From: Candidatus Altimarinota bacterium
GTDB lineage: Bacteria > Patescibacteriota > Gracilibacteria > BD1-5 > UBA2023
Direction: 5' to 3'
Length of the DNA: 38,107 nt
Assembly: GCA_043756665.1 (NCBI GenBank)
Contig: JAYUQR010000045.1
Coordinates: 1 to 38,107 of the forward strand
The position numbers and the translations under genes were made by a program. Shown here in pieces: positions 10,201 through 21,538 of this stretch (positions are counted from its first letter, which is position 1; the number at the start of each line of letters is the position of its first letter). The notes under the pieces were generated by a model that saw nothing but the letters and a program-made list of their open reading frames with translations, was not told where the DNA came from and searched no databases.

Positions 10201-11114
10201 TTCTGGAGTCAATCTTTGATTCAATTTCAAGCTCATTGGAGATCACGAACTATAGACTTTCCTGCACCCTCAATCCCTCCATAATATCATGCCTTTCAAT
10301 ATTTCATTGTCTTAGAGGCTACTCATCATATTATTGGAGCTACTACTTTAGACATAACTGGTCATGCTACTGCTCCAGTAACTCATCATATTGCTGCCCC
10401 TTTTCATATATCCCATAAAGTAGCCTCATTCCCTTTATTTATAATCGGTGTAGCTCAACCGAATCATGTTCCTACTACTCCCGATCGAAATGCGAGATTT
10501 CAGAGTCATTTTGCTCAGGCTAGATATCCGCCTCATAGAGGAGCTGTGAGGGCTAATTGTCAGCCAAGTTTTCTCATGTCTATTTGCTTCTGTGTGAGTG
10601 GATTTGATCCACCATCTGTCATGCCTGCTTGTGTGACATCATTTCCTATATTTTGGAGGTTCTGTCAAAGATCATTAGCTCATTTTCAGAGTCAAGGCGT
10701 TATATAATCAAGTCATTCTCCTATTGTATTTCCTACGAATCAGAGTCAATTTCATACGATAGAAGGGATTTGTTCTCATGCCCTCACTATTCCTTTTCAT
10801 AATTCCTTTGCTCATCACCAAAATCAGAGATCAGGTCATTCTTTTGCCTGCTGTTTTTTATCCTGTAGGAATTGGAATACATCCTGTGCTGGGAGTCATT
10901 TACCTTTTGAGTAATCAATAAATGCAATATCTTTTTCGTCGAATCACATTGATTTGAATTGTGAGTTTCGATCTGTCTGTATAGGCGATTGTTGTACATT
11001 TTCAGGATATGTAGATCATGATGAGTTTTTTACAGGAGCATAGGCATTCTTTGTTATAGAGTCAAAGAGGTTAAATCCTGTATTTTTTGAGAATGTTGGT
11101 ACCTCGTATGACAT
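7263..11114 (-). CDS. giant virion-associated protein (1283 aa): Gly-zipper hydrophobic region plus C-terminal HExxH zincin-like domain; candidate ejection/polyvalent-type protein
   Basis: I translated every codon from ATG 11114 to TAA 7263-7265 and found no TAA/TAG but dozens of in-frame TGA. Glycine-zipper segments (…LGGQLALTAPLGGGYLAGAKGLG…GVVGTGFGGATPII…GAAIGGVTGAVAGPVMSKVVAPIIGGV…) lie near 10261-10620. TVAHELGHAID (HExxH) is at 7593-7607 with its Gly encoded by TGA 7596-7598. The plus-strand track ORF 8239..8805 is its antisense shadow. Confidence 0.85.
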
Positions 11115-11115
11115 A

Positions 11116-13965
11116 TTATTTATTGTAAAGAGACTCAAACGATGAATACATATCATTTAGGTTTGTATTCATATTTCCTTGCTGAGATTTGGTGATTCAC
11201 TTTTCCATATCGGAATTTCTATATATCTCAGAAATGTCATTTCCATTTTCATCACGTCATACTTCCTTTAATATTCAGAGTGTAGCGTTGTACCTATTTT
11301 TTCTTTTTTGATCTATAGCTGAGGCACTATCTCCTGATTGGGGAAAATATTGTTGTCTTGCATTCGCAAATTCAGGATCCGTAATCACCGCTCCTGATTC
11401 TTTACGCAGGTTTGCATTTATCCAATCTCTTTGTGCCTGTTCATACTTTTGCCTATCGTTTGTCTTCATCCAGTTAGGAGCCCATCCACTTGGGGCTAAA
11501 ATTTCTGTTGTAGCCCATGAGTTTTTATATTTATCTTCCATTGTCCTGATAGGATTTTCAGATTCTGACATACGAAGCCCGAATTTATATGAAGCCCTTG
11601 CTCATTCTGTAGTTTTTGGTGCGAGTACTACATCATATAGAGATTTCGGAGTATTAGCTCATCTATTGGAACGTACATAATTAGCAAGATCAGTATAAGA
11701 TAATCATGCCTTATTCATTGCATCTAGGTCTGATTTCGTTGGATTATTACCAATAATATCCATAAGATTCTTTTGATCCTGTGTGAATGCCTTTTGTGCT
11801 CCACTTGATGAATTAGTCAGTCCTTTCAAAAATGTCACCTGATCAGAATTCGAAAGAAGTTTTCAGTTTGATTTTATTTCTATATCGAGGTGTGCTCCTC
11901 TTCATTTCGCGAGCTGTTCGGCGGTGAGTGTTTCTCCACTTACTCCTCTCACATTTCCTGTATTGCCACGAGTTCCGACTATATCACCATAGCCGAGTAC
12001 ATCACCTTGTTTTACCCCTATATTTTCTAGGTGTGAGTATCTGATTTCATTTCCACTTTCGTCGGTCATGATAACAGAGTTTCAATATGGTTTCTTCATT
12101 CATGCCTTGTACGGCACTCAGAGCTCTCACGCTTTATCGATATATTTGACTGTCCAATTTCCACCTGCTGGCAAAGGATCTCATAGATTTCCTGCAAGAT
12201 CATAGCCTCGATTTCATTCATATGTTCCTACATTCTTTCCGAGAATATCAAGAAATGATTTACTCGATTGTATTTTTTGTTCGAGCTCTAGGGCTTTCGC
12301 CTTCTTTTCTGGATCATTTTCTATTTCGAATAAGAATTTTTCCCGAGCTGAGTCATTATTGAATTTAGCGAGTTGCATCTGCTGTGAAAAATTTCTTGTA
12401 TCTCTTTGATTTTCGACTTCATTTTGCATTTGAAATTTCTGTGCATCTGACAATTGCCCCTGTTGAAGGGATTGATATTTCTGATATGCTGGACTTGCTT
12501 GTATATTCTGCCCCATTTCAGTCAAGAACTCTGCAAGAGGTTTTCCACTCTTTTGAAACTCTGCGAGACGAGATTGTACTGTACTTGTAAATGGAATTCC
12601 GAGCTTTTTGTACTCGTTCATAATACTTTGTATGGCTGTTGCAGGATCACTCAATGCCTGCTGTGCTTGTTTACTTTCGAAGTCTGATTGGTACTGCATC
12701 ATATCTTTCTGAGCTTGTACTTGGCGTTGTTCACTTGCTATCTGACGTGACTGAGCCTGCTGATCTTTGTAGTTATCCATATTTAGCTGGAGGAGTGCTG
12801 TCGATTCTGCTTTGAGATTCGTATAAGTACCCATAGAGTTATTATATTCATCTATTGCGATCTGGTAGTCTTTGTACATTCCCTTTCTTCGGTCTGCTAC
12901 GATCTTAGCTTTAAATGAATCGGTTGTTTCTTTTCACTCGAATTCCTTGTCTACATCAGTTTCGACATTATCGTATACTGCCTTGATATTCTGATACTTA
13001 TTCTTTTTTTCTTCCACCGCTTTGCCTTGTGCCTGAACTGCCTCGTTATTCGTGAGAGCATTATATTCCTCCTGTGTCATTGTCCCATCTGCGAGGGCAT
13101 TAGCGACACTTGGATTGTTCGAGAGGATTATAGATGATTGCGTTGTTCCTATTTTTACCTCGTCTATATTTCCAGTGACAAAGGCTTTAGCTTTCTGGAG
13201 CTTTGTACTCATAGCAGGATCACTCATGAGATCATTATAGGTAGTAGTACCTTGTAGTAAGTCTCCACTATTGAGAGCTGTCGAGAGTGTCGCTGGATCC
13301 ATGAGAGAAAACCTCTTGAAAGTATTATATCGAGCATTTGCACTACGATATTCATTCGTATTTTGATTCTGGATAGGCTGTCATGCACGAATAGCCTGAA
13401 ATGTCTGATCTGCTGTCATGGCTATCGGTTGTCAGCCTGTGAATCCTGCATCGAGCATAGCCCGTTTTCCATCATCTGCCATATCATATCCGAAGGCTTT
13501 ATTATAAGCATTCCTATCTTTGAGAAGAGCGGGATTAGCTGTAGTTATCTCAGTAACATTCTTTTGTATCTCACTCTCTCTGCCTTGCGACTTATTATAG
13601 TCTATGACTGGATTTGTACTCACTTTTGTCTCACTTGGCCTTATTTCTTGAGCTACTGGAGCTACTGGAGCTTGTATTTGAGAAAGCCCTGTAGACTGAT
13701 CTATAGGTGCTTGTGTGAATTGTTCTCAGTTTACTCCCGTGACTGTCGGAGCTACTGGAGTTGGAGTGACTGGAGCTGGCGGTACGATAGGATTCGCTTG
13801 TCTTTCTGCCTGATTTTTAGCCAGTTGATCCTGATTGATCTGAGAATTTGGAGTGACTGGAGCTGGCGGAGTTATCTCACCATATGCCTGAGTTCTCGCT
13901 GTGACGGGATCAATTCCACTCTTTCTGAGTTTTATGAATTCATCTCGTGGATTAGTCGTTGCCAT
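11116..13965 (-). CDS. large Gln-rich coiled-coil protein with M23/LytM-like peptidase domain (949 aa); internal virion or tape-measure-like
   Basis: Track ORFs 13726..13965, 13432..13623, 12934..13302, 12214..12879 and 11275..11571 share one frame. All gaps translate without TAA/TAG. ATG 13965, TAA 11116-11118. The M23-like block is NRGYDLAGNLGDPLPAGGNWTV...YGNSVIMTDESGNEIRYSHLENIGVKQGDVLGYGDIVGTRGNTGN...GAHLDIEIKSNGKLL. Confidence 0.85.
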
Positions 13966-16900
13966 TGTTGGATTGATTAGATTTTATTTCAGATTCGATT
14001 TCATTGGCTTCTTTCTGTATTTGTGATTCGATGTCATTTTCTATCATGTCAGCCTCTTGTCCTATTATCTTCTCTATTTCGTCTTCTATATCATTTGCCT
14101 CATCTTCTATCATCTTTTTTATTTCTTCTTCACCATCGACAAGTTTTTTGGTGTTTTCATCTATCTTCTTTGTCTTTTGCCTCACGAGATTCCTCGTCAT
14201 GACATTATCTTCCTTCAATTCCTTTTTACTTCTCACTATATCACTGCATACCTCGATTTCTATTTCTTTTAGTGTATCAATTATATCGTCTTTCGCAAGA
14301 ACATTTTGTGACTGATTTTCATCTATTTTTTCTATGATTTCAGTGATGTCTACGTTCTCTATAGTTTTTACCTTTTCGAGGGTTTCTACTATGTTTTTTC
14401 GGTCTTGCATGCTGAATAATCAACCATTTCATCATCCACCTCCTCATCCAGTGATAGTTCTATTTGCATAATTCCATATTTGCTCTGGTGTTGCTCCTCC
14501 AGTGCTTGCAGAAAGAAATTTGACTCATCCATTGCTGTCATCCACTGCGATTCCATCTTGTCCTGTAGCGAATGCGAGGAGTGTTGCCTCTCCATCTCCT
14601 GCACTTCGTCTATAGAGTCTCCATCCGCTCGACATAAAGAGATAGTTCCCTCCGAACGATAGGAAGATACTACATTCTCATCGTACAGTTAACCATTTCA
14701 TGCCGAGATTCGTCATCAGAGCGGTCTCTGTCATATCGAACGCATTTTGTGCTGAAACAGATCAATCTCCTATTTGGATATTCGCTTGTGTTGTTCCTGA
14801 TATGACGATAGTACAGAGAACTGAGCTTGTACCCTGATACATGGCTGTACCGTCTGGATTGAGTTTCTGTGGTGTACTTGCTGATATATTGAACTGTCAT
14901 CCAGTGACTGGTGTGAAAGTCCCTACCTGATACGTATATCCTGCCTTTTTAACTACATATTTCCATGTGCCCGTGAGGACATTTGATAGGAAATAGTTAT
15001 ATGTTCCAGTGATACTCGCTTGGTAGTCCTTCTGTACACCTGTTTCATCTTCGAGATATATGGCGTGACCTGAGAGTCATGAGATATTCAGGTATCCTGT
15101 CTTTCCGTTTGAGGCTGTGATGATAGGAGTACTCGTCGAGGTTCCTGTGACTGTAAGAGTACCTGTCGTTGTGAGATTAGCAGTTCCAGTGAGATTAGCA
15201 TTCGTGAGAACGATATTGAAGGTAGAGGTATAGTTGATCGAGTCAGTCGTGACAAGTGGGATATTGAAATCCATATTCGCTATCTGCCCTCCCCACCGCT
15301 GAGAATAGGCGTAGAGCTCATCTTTAGTCCTATTCTCTGTTACTGTCATTGTATTAGTTGCTCCATTGATAGATATTCCTGTGATGAGTGAAGCCACTGC
15401 ATCATCGATAGCGACATAGAGAACCTGTGATATAGGCACTCCCTTTCCTTTCTGATATGTAGAGTCTGTCGAGATCACCTCTCCATATCCACTCTTTCGG
15501 ACTTTTACCTTGAATGGTTTTGCGAGAGCATCGAAATTATAGGGAAAATCGATAGTTATTGCATCGGCTGTGATGACTTGAGTTTTAACTGCTACTGGTG
15601 ATGCTGGTACAGTATTATCATAGAGTTTTATAGTAGAGCCATTTACTTGACCTGACACGAGAAGTGGCACAAAACCTATTTCTTCTGGTACCCATGCACT
15701 ATCTGGAGTACATGTCACGTATCCATAGTTGAATATTCGTGTCGCTCCTGCTGTTGTTGTCTTGATTCTAAAGCGAGGGAAAAATCCTTTTGTACTATTG
15801 TATCCCGTGAGTGATGCGAGAGCAGTCTGCCAGTTCGCTGATACTGTAGGATTGAACCATGATGTCCATGTCGAAATATCTGTACCATCATTATTGCGAA
15901 ATGATACTTCCATCGTAGCTCCTGCACTATTCATGAGTGAGTGAGTGATCACGGCTGTCGCTCAGGTAAAGTCTGTAATTCATCGCACGGGATACTCATT
16001 TGTATATATAACCTCCACTCCTGCACTCGGAGCATAGAATCCATTTCATGAATAATAAAAATCTACTCACTCGACTCCTGATGCGATCGTGACTCGCTTT
16101 GATTTGAGATCTTTAGAGAGTGGAGTAATACAGAGCCTTCCTGCTGTTTTCGCGTTATTCGTCCATATAGGCTGGAATGGATTAGAATCGACGATGACCG
16201 TACTCAAATAGACTCATGATGAGTTCATCACCCACTCTACATATGTTCCATTGATAGCTCCTGCCTGTGGTTGTGGAGTATTAGCATAGAGATTGGATAT
16301 TCGTGACTTTCCATAACTCGATGATCCTGTATAGAGTCATACTCTCGGATTTGAAACATTGATATTCGCGACGTATCATCTGGCTCATCCTGTAGCTATT
16401 GCAGTCGATGCGTTGGATTGCATATCATAGACTATATCTTTGACACAAAATTGATAGCTTGCTCCATCTGCTGTGATGAGAGATCCCCTTCATGAGACTC
16501 CATTTGTGAATTTTCTTGCTTTTGCAAGAGTGAAATTTTTACTCCCAAGTGATCCAAAGATTTGCCCTTGAAGTGTGTTCAATACCGCACGAGTATTATC
16601 ACTATGAGTGATCTCGTTGATATGGATATTATCGCACTCTCTGAGATAGAAAAATCCTCCGATATTATAAATCGGTCATAATATACAAGGAGCTTCCTCA
16701 CTGTTTAGGAGTGACTCGACCATGACGGGATAGCATCATGCTACCGTAGAGGATCCCCATCACCATATATTCGAGAATTGTTTCGGGGGTAGAGTATTAT
16801 AGACCTGTATTCATGGAGCATAGGTGCTTGTGGTCTTATACATTCCCCATATGAAATCATAATAATCGTTTCATGGGCTGTTCACCATACCGAAAGAGTA

Positions 16901-18025
16901 AGCACTACTTGCGAGAGCGAGACTTATATCTGGTCAGCTTACTACATTTGTCATGCGAGTCACTCATGACCACGATCAGGATTGAAATCTCTGACATGCG
17001 ACACTTGTCATAGTTATATCACCTGCTAGGGAGAAGTTGTTGATATTCCAGTTCGAAGAAAATGCACATATGCTCATAGTGGCGATAGATCCCAAAATGA
17101 CAGTGAGTGTATTTCTATTCGCAGGAGTAGGAGAATATACAGTTGAAGTGATATGGATATTCGGATAGAATACTCTCGCTCAGTTTGGTATTACCGCTCA
17201 TCCGTTCGATGTACCGACTGCACCACCATTTCAGAAAGTAGCTATTTTGGTTGTTCTATTGAATCTAAAGACTGGTCAGTGATCGAGATCACCGTGAAAT
17301 TCTGTATTGATATTAATATTTTGTACGTCGAAATCAGGAGCTGTATTGAGTCCATTACCAGGTCAGCAGTTAAAGAAGGGCATTGCATAGCAAGGCATTT
17401 GAGGTGGCGGAGGATTTGTGATATAGTAGTGACGAGTATCCCCTGTTTCTATCCATAGAGCTGTAGGCGAGTCTATGAGTCATCCCATGACAGTAGTGAA
17501 ATCTATAGTCTGTCATGCTGAACCTGTCCCAGTAGCTATATGTAGCCATCTTCCATCTGTGTTTATTTTATTTGTTGAGTATGTGATCCCTATATCTGCA
17601 TTCTCAGTATTGAGCTTGAGGACTATCGGAGTGGTAGTACTTGTATTACAGATATTGAGTGTACTTCTTGAGCCGAGTGTATTACATGTGATATTTCCTG
17701 GATTGATTGTATTTGACTCAGTGACATCGAGAGAACATCCACTCGTCATGTTCAATATTTCGCCTGCTATATAGGTGATTCCGTTTATATGAGCTCTTAG
17801 TTCTACGGTTGAAAATGTGATAGTTAGATCACCTGTTCCAACCAATCGCGTTAGAGTGCTTCCAGAAGTCACTGAATTCGCTACCGCAGTACAATAGAGC
17901 CTTGTCCCTGCAGAAAGTGTTTTCCTCACCGTATATGTGACTCAGTTGTTTGTATACGTATCTCCTACCGTTGCATTGGCAGAGGTCACCGTGAACATGT
18001 AGTAGGTATTGTTTACGGTTGCCAT
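13952..18025 (-). CDS. tail fibre / tailspike-like protein (1357 aa) with Gly-run hinge and acidic coiled-coil C-terminus
   Basis: Track ORFs 17513..17929, 15077..15952 and 13952..14410 are in the same frame. I translated all intervening sequence and found no TAA/TAG. The first ATG after the upstream TAG is 18025 (alternative 17998); stop TAA 13952-13954. The product is Thr/Ser/Asn-rich beta-type sequence. It includes a TGTWKYVVKKAGYTYQVGTF beta-sandwich-like segment and ...ATPEQIWNYANRTITGGGGGGGNGGLFSMQDRK... before a 152-aa acidic tail. Confidence 0.8.
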
Positions 18026-18312
18026 GAATTTATTTGGTTGGTTATATCTATAAGCTGTCTATCATTGGCTTCTTGTATTGCTATTTCGGGACAGTTCGTT
18101 CGTGACCATTCAAGGAGATATTCATCGGTAACTCTCGGAATAGCTTCTAGACGTGCCTTATCGCTCATGAGTAGCCATAAGTCATAAGGCATAGCGATGG
18201 ATGCTATCTGAGCATACGAAAGACCTGTAGGATGCACTCCTTTTTCTGTAGCAAGTGCTACGAGACGTGTATTATCGACATAGAATCTTCCGTTTTCTGT
18301 AGTGATTTCCAT
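18013..18312 (-). CDS. hypothetical protein (99 aa)
   Basis: Intact ORF without TGA; ATG 18312, TAA 18013-18015. Product MEITTENGRFYVDNTRLVALATEKGVHPTGLSYAQIASIAMPYDLWLLMSDKARLEAIPRV... Confidence 0.7.
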   Translation of the reverse strand: MEITTENGRFYVDNTRLVALATEKGVHPTGLSYAQIASIAMPYDLWLLMSDKARLEAIPRVTDEYLLEWSRTNCPEIAIQEANDRQLIDITNQINSWQP

Positions 18313-18315
18313 AGT

Positions 18316-18966
18316 TTAGTTTCAGTAAATGTGTACATAGTTGAGTGTCTGAGCTGTTCATGCTGTAGCGACTATGAGACGTGCGAATTTCCCTATCACT
18401 CATGCTGTGAGCATTCCGATTACGTTTATGCTAGCGATAGAGGTGATACTACTACTCGCTGTAGCCCAGTTTATACCATCAGAAGAGACTTGGAGTGAGA
18501 ATACTGCTGGTACTGTAGCGACACCACTTGAGATCACTGCTGTGACATTTCTACATCCTTCTATATCGAAAGTTGGAGTGACTGAGTTGAGAGTATTTGC
18601 AACGATAGTCCTATCATAGAATGAATGAGGATTTGTGGGGGCTGGAGTATCAAATATATTGACGGTAATATTGAGTGTGAATGATGGAGTGCCACCACCT
18701 GTTACCCATGAGAATCGCATTCTTGAATTGACCGAAGTCTTTCATACATCGAGATTCGTTGCACTTATTGCACGTGGAAATTGATATACTGGAGCCCAAG
18801 TGAGACCATTATCTTTCGATTCTTCGAGAGTAATATCTATGGTTGGACTCGTCCCTGTGACACTGGAAATACTGATATTTGCACCTACTGCGTCTACCAT
18901 TGGCATAACACCAGAGTTTCATACTGTAGTGACTGTACCTGAGAAAAGTGTGACTGATTGTAACAT
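18316..18966 (-). CDS. virion structural protein (216 aa), beta-rich
   Basis: ATG 18966, TAA 18316-18318; extends track ORF 18400..18720 in both directions through TGA. Product MLQSVTLFSGTVTTVGNSGVMPMVDAVGANISISSVTGTSPTIDITLEESKDNGLTWAPVYQ... The role is assigned by position in the tail region only. Confidence 0.75.
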
Positions 18967-18977
18967 AGAAAGAAGGG

Positions 18978-19091
18978 TTAGGGTTTATTTTTAAGAAGTT
19001 TATAATCGATGGGACTCGTATTGAGTCATCCTATTTTTTCGAATATTGGTATGAATTCGGGAATCGTGATGTTATCGTTGAGTGGTTTCAT
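18978..19091 (-). CDS. small ORF (37 aa)
   Basis: ATG 19091 overlaps the upstream TAA (TAATG); stop TAA 18978-18980. Product MKPLNDNITIPEFIPIFEKIGGLNTSPIDYKLLKNKP. Confidence 0.35.
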
Positions 19092-20530
19092 TATTTTTTT
19101 ACGAAGTTAGCTTTTATAGTGAGGTCGAATAATTTTGGAGCTTTTCTGTAGTATCATGTTGGAGTAGTAAATTCATCTCATGCTTGCAATAATATCTTTG
19201 TGCGGGCATATCAGAAAGTAGACGGGTATCATGCTGTCTGTAATGCATCCTTCACCATATTTGGGGTTATTTCCATATACCCATACCTCGGATTGCCGAG
19301 AGAGTCTGGTGAGATGCCATTCGTGGAATCTGTTATTTCACCGACAGATATATATTTGGCCGTATTAATCATCTCCATTCAATCCGTTTGTATGAGGATA
19401 GATATCTTCATTGCTGTTCATGGATTAGGATAGGCTCACGCCTGAAACATATATCAGAACCTGTATGAAAGATCTGCTTTAGGAACATTGTATATTCCGC
19501 CATCAAGTGGTCTGAGTGTCAGAAAGTTATCCCTTTTATATGCTCCTCACTGGTAGAGGAGGCGGCTTCCTCCAGTTACGAATCAAAGGATTGCTGTATT
19601 GCTTATTAGATTTGCAGTATAACTCGTTGTCGTCTCACTCAATATTATATTTCGCCCTGGCTTTTTCTTATTGTAGTATCGTATTTTTGCTGAGCCATCT
19701 ATGAGTACCACTCATCTATTATATCATATATTAGTATCTTCAGATAGTGTGACTGCTTTTACGAATTGGTTTTGCCTCGCTTGGTATATGTGTATTCAAT
19801 ATCTAGATACCCAGTAGAGTTCATTATAGTTTCCTACGGCACTGAGAAGCTTTGCGGAATATATGGGAGTTTTTGATACTATCGTGTATGCACTCCCTGT
19901 GAATTCGAGCTCATATATAAATGTATCGTTTCCATTAGTAGTGGCTACTACTACAGAGTCATAAGAATAGCTATAGATATACTTTATTTTTGTTCATGGG
20001 GTGAGTGTAGCCGCTAATACTGTTGTATCGGTCGTTGTGCTGTATGAGTAGACGAGATTATCTTTCCCAAAAAGTATATTCGTGACATGAGTTCATATTG
20101 CTGTTACTTCGGTATTTGCAGTTGGGTATCCTGTTGTAGAGATCGCTCCTATATTTGTTGTTCCTATATAATCTGTCTTTCTCACTCAGTCTGTCCTTCC
20201 GAAGAAATAATTGATTTGTGTAAGCCCACTTCACACTGATTCCATTCCATCGACGGTTACAAGTCCAGTTGTCAAAATTGTTCATGTAGGATTTATGACT
20301 CATGATCATCCTCTAAATGGTCAATATGAAGTCTCCTTTATCCATAATGCCGTCCACGTATGAGAATAATCTCCATCTACAGTGAACCTATCCATACATT
20401 GAATATATCGCTCATTCGTTTGTGCGTCTATAGAGTCCATCTCAAGTACACTATTTTCTGGTCATATAAAATCATCATCACTGATTCCTCCCCAGAAGTT
20501 CGTATATGTTTTTTCTATATCGTATGACAT
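19091..20530 (-). CDS. tail/nozzle-type structural protein (479 aa)
   Basis: This region has almost no standard-code ORFs, yet one frame is open from ATG 20530 to TAA 19091-19093 when TGA=Gly (all codons translated). Product MSYDIEKTYTNFWGGISDDDFIGPENSVLEMDSIDAQTNERYIQCMDRFTVDGDYSHTWTALW... The role is assigned from position after the connector gene. Confidence 0.8.
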
Positions 20531-21235
20531 TTAGCGGAGATTATTTTGTATAGCGTTTGTAGCCTTATAGACTCCTGAGTCTCGTTGCTTTATCTGTTCA
20601 AGTGCCTCTTTCTTCTTTTTATCATATTTTACGATTGCTCAGTCTACTCTCTCCTCCTTTCATAATAGTTCATAAGCATATTGCATCATTCCTTCTTCTA
20701 TGATTTGTGAGATTCTTTTAGGAACAAGAATCGTAGAAGAGGCATCTGATATAACTACCTCACTTGGCTGTATAATTGCCTCTATACGGAGTCATCCAGT
20801 CACTGCCTCGGTAACTGCTGGAAATATCCATATCGAGTTGTCTTGGATGAGATAGATAGGTTCTACCTGATTCACTTTGTGCCAGTCTTTCCCATATGTG
20901 AGATAGTCAGAAGATACTTGTTTAAGTGGTGTAAAATAAGTATCTGTAGATTTATATTTAACAGAAACATTCTGTATTCTATTTATATCTCTATATATAG
21001 GGGATGGTACTGTCCCCACATTAATATTAATAATAGTATATTCTATTTGTCATACAGTGGTGTTTGAGTCTCCATATGTGAAGAAATACTCCTCATCGAG
21101 GATTTGGATATCGAGAGTCACATCCTCATAGATCCAGTTATAGTGCTTGATCGCGACACTATCTGGATATGTTGAAGTGGTTGCATGGATTCTATCTCGG
21201 ACATTTGAGATGGCTTGTGATGGACTTGTGAGCAT
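20531..21235 (-). CDS. head-tail connector/adaptor candidate (234 aa)
   Basis: Track ORFs 21050..21235 and 20792..21019 join in frame through TGA. ATG 21235; TAA 20531-20533 abuts the next ATG. Product MLTSPSQAISNVRDRIHATTSTYPDSVAIKHYNWIYEDVTLDIQILDEEYFF... The function is from synteny only. Confidence 0.7.
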
Positions 21236-21248
21236 AGTAAATAGTTTA

Positions 21249-21277
21249 CTCCCTACCCTCCGAAGAGAGCAGGAGAG
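21249..21277 (-). terminator. stable stem-loop with cUUCGg tetraloop, 5 nt after a stop codon (terminator or mRNA-stabilising hairpin)
   Basis: The minus-strand RNA cucuccugcucuc-uucg-gaggguagggag gives about 10 bp including G-U pairs. There is no clear U-tract afterwards. Its core is repeated at 28228..28252. Confidence 0.4.
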
Positions 21278-21281
21278 AAAA

Positions 21282-21524
21282 CTATTTAGAAGCTTTTTCT
21301 TCCTTTACCTCGCTAAAACCGTACGCTGTTAGTGCAGAAAGGAGTTCTGACCTTTCATTTGTAGAGATTGCCTCCTTCGTTGTGAATTCTACTCCTTCCT
21401 CGTCAATTTCAACGACTTTCTTTTTAAGATTGTCAATATCTATTGAGAGACTTCCTTTGTCATCAGAAATGAATCGATAACCAAGACGATGAACTGGTTT
21501 ATTTGGTGGTCATTTGAACAACAT
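21282..21524 (-). CDS. hypothetical protein (80 aa) downstream of the capsid gene
   Basis: ATG 21524, TAG 21282-21284. Product MLFKGPPNKPVHRLGYRFISDDKGSLSIDIDNLKKKVVEIDEEGVEFTTKEAISTNERSELLSALTAYGFSEVKEEKASK. Confidence 0.6.
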
Positions 21525-21538
21525 ATTGTACTAGTTAA

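Noticed and set aside
13952-14410. The acidic 152-aa ORF as an independent gene, as the standard-code track suggests.
   Set aside because: Under table 25 the upstream fibre frame runs into it without any TAA/TAG, so it is annotated as the C-terminal part of 13952..18025. Possible separate expression is raised as a finding instead.
5378-18025. A diversity-generating retroelement acting on the fibre genes.
   Set aside because: No reverse transcriptase gene is present, and no template/variable repeat pair was seen.
7240-18619. Plus-strand track ORFs such as 8239..8805 (188 aa), 13363..13980 (205 aa), 14004..14315, 9268..9597, 17475..17774.
   Set aside because: They lie antisense to long, motif-bearing minus-strand genes. 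They translate to low-complexity Phe/Ser/Ile/Cys-rich strings and have no sensible neighbours on the plus strand. I read them as shadow ORFs of AT-rich coding sequence.
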